Below, piece by piece: positions 63,044 to 64,000 of a DNA stretch of 64,000 bases. Origin of the DNA: Acidobacteriota bacterium (GTDB taxonomy: Bacteria; Acidobacteriota; Vicinamibacteria; Vicinamibacterales; 2-12-FULL-66-21); NCBI GenBank assembly GCA_046732715.1, contig JBKPNQ010000156.1, positions 1,058 to 65,057 of the forward strand, read 5' to 3'. The notes beneath the pieces are model-generated. The model did not search any database. It saw only the letters and a list, made by a program, of their open reading frames with translations, and had not been told where the DNA came from. The position numbers and the translations under genes were made by a program. Positions within the stretch are counted from its first letter, which is position 1; the number at the start of each line of letters is the position of its first letter.

Positions 63044-64000
63044 CTACTCGTGCTTTCCCGGCGGCGCTGCCTTCGTCGGCTCAACCGTCAACTCGACGCG
63101 GCGATTGGTCGGTAGCCAGAACGCCGCAGCCACCTGAATGTCACCGGCGGACAGCGCGCGATATCGTGACAGGTCCTCGTTGAAGTAATCGGGATTGCCG
63201 GTGGCGGTGTAGTACGCGTTCAGCTGATTGCCCTTGCCTGAGAAGCCACCGACGCTTTCCATCCGGTTATAGAACGAGGCCTCGATTTGATTGATCGCAC
63301 GCTGAAACTCACGCGGCGTCGGCGACGCCTGTTGAAGTTTCACGATTTCCTCGTCGACGATGGATTTGATCCGATCGATCAACGCGGCCGGCCTCGTCGC
63401 GGCGTCACCCGGCCTGGCGGTGACGACAATCTGAAATTGGGAGTCGAGCGCTGCTGAGGCTTGATAGGCGGTGACGTCCTGTGCAATCTGCAGGTCGTAG
63501 ACCAGACGTTTGTAGAGCCGCGAATTCTTTCCGCCCGCCAGAATCTGCGAAACGACGTCGAGCTCGGCATCGCCAGGCTTGTATAGCGACGGGGTGATCC
63601 AGGCGAGATACAGACGCGGCAGCTGCACCCGATCTTCGATGGTCTTTTTGCTGACGCCGGTGAGCATCGCCGGTATGTACTGAATCGGCGGGACCGGCGC
63701 GGCGCCCGGCTTCACGTCGCTGAACCATTTCTCCACCAGCCCACGCGTCTTTTTTGGATCGATGTCGCCAGCGATCACGAGGCTGGCATTGGACGGCTGG
63801 TAGTACTTGCGGAAGAACTCGACGACATCGTCGTAGCTTGCCGCCGTGAGATCCTCCATGTATCCAATCGTCGGCCAGCTATACGGGTGCCCTTCGGGGA
63901 ACAGCATTTTTCCGAGCTCGATCGAGGCCATTCCGTAAGGCGTGTTCTCGTAGCTCTGACGTCGTTCGTTCTTGACGACATCGCGCTGACCGTTGACCCG
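63044..64000 (-). CDS. M16 family peptidase, 5' end beyond window edge
   Basis: The frame stays open to nt 64000 (…VNGQRDVVKNERRQSYENTPYGMASIELGK…). This is the C-terminal half of an insulinase-like protein. Confidence 0.8.
   Translation of the reverse strand, partial: RVNGQRDVVKNERRQSYENTPYGMASIELGKMLFPEGHPYSWPTIGYMEDLTAASYDDVVEFFRKYYQPSNASLVIAGDIDPKKTRGLVEKWFSDVKPGAAPVPPIQYIPAMLTGVSKKTIEDRVQLPRLYLAWITPSLYKPGDAELDVVSQILAGGKNSRLYKRLVYDLQIAQDVTAYQASAALDSQFQIVVTARPGDAATRPAALIDRIKSIVDEEIVKLQQASPTPREFQRAINQIEASFYNRMESVGGFSGKGNQLNAYYTATGNPDYFNEDLSRYRALSAGDIQVAAAFWLPTNRRVELTVEPTKAAPPGKHE

Overview
GC-rich bacterial chromosomal segment (GC looks mid-60s % by eye, not computed). The gene content suggests an Acidobacteriota-like soil bacterium, but this is a guess: many Ser/Thr kinases, DinB, DUF3500, DUF2911 and TolB-propeller proteins. 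I call about 55 protein-coding genes, densely packed and often translationally coupled. I recognised no rRNA, tRNA, CRISPR array, transposase, integrase or phage genes. Main blocks: two ABC-2 exporter pairs; secreted peptidases and hydrolases (M61, two M16, two divergent D-aminoacylases, sulfatase, GH42, a PLD-like protein); a signalling-rich stretch at 24-35 kb (NarL-type two-component pair, degenerate sigma54-AAA protein, FHA-wHTH protein, kinase-beta-propeller, MEDS protein); a Tat-exported xanthine-dehydrogenase-family operon; an ECF sigma/anti-sigma unit; and three DinB paralogues. Observations most worth follow-up: (1) a tightly coupled four-gene operon at 14.6-19.2 kb with three different ATP-dependent amide-ligase folds plus an M29 aminopeptidase and no known product; (2) intergenic spacers filled with phase-locked short-word arrays (mostly 7-nt, one 10-nt), often arranged as long hairpins, whose word families recur at unlinked loci; (3) a ~90-nt REP-like element in the same orientation directly upstream of both D-aminoacylase paralogues, with one compensatory base-pair change in its hairpin; (4) a 166-bp MITE-like element with perfect 20-bp terminal inverted repeats. 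All functional calls come from reading motifs by eye. No database search was run.
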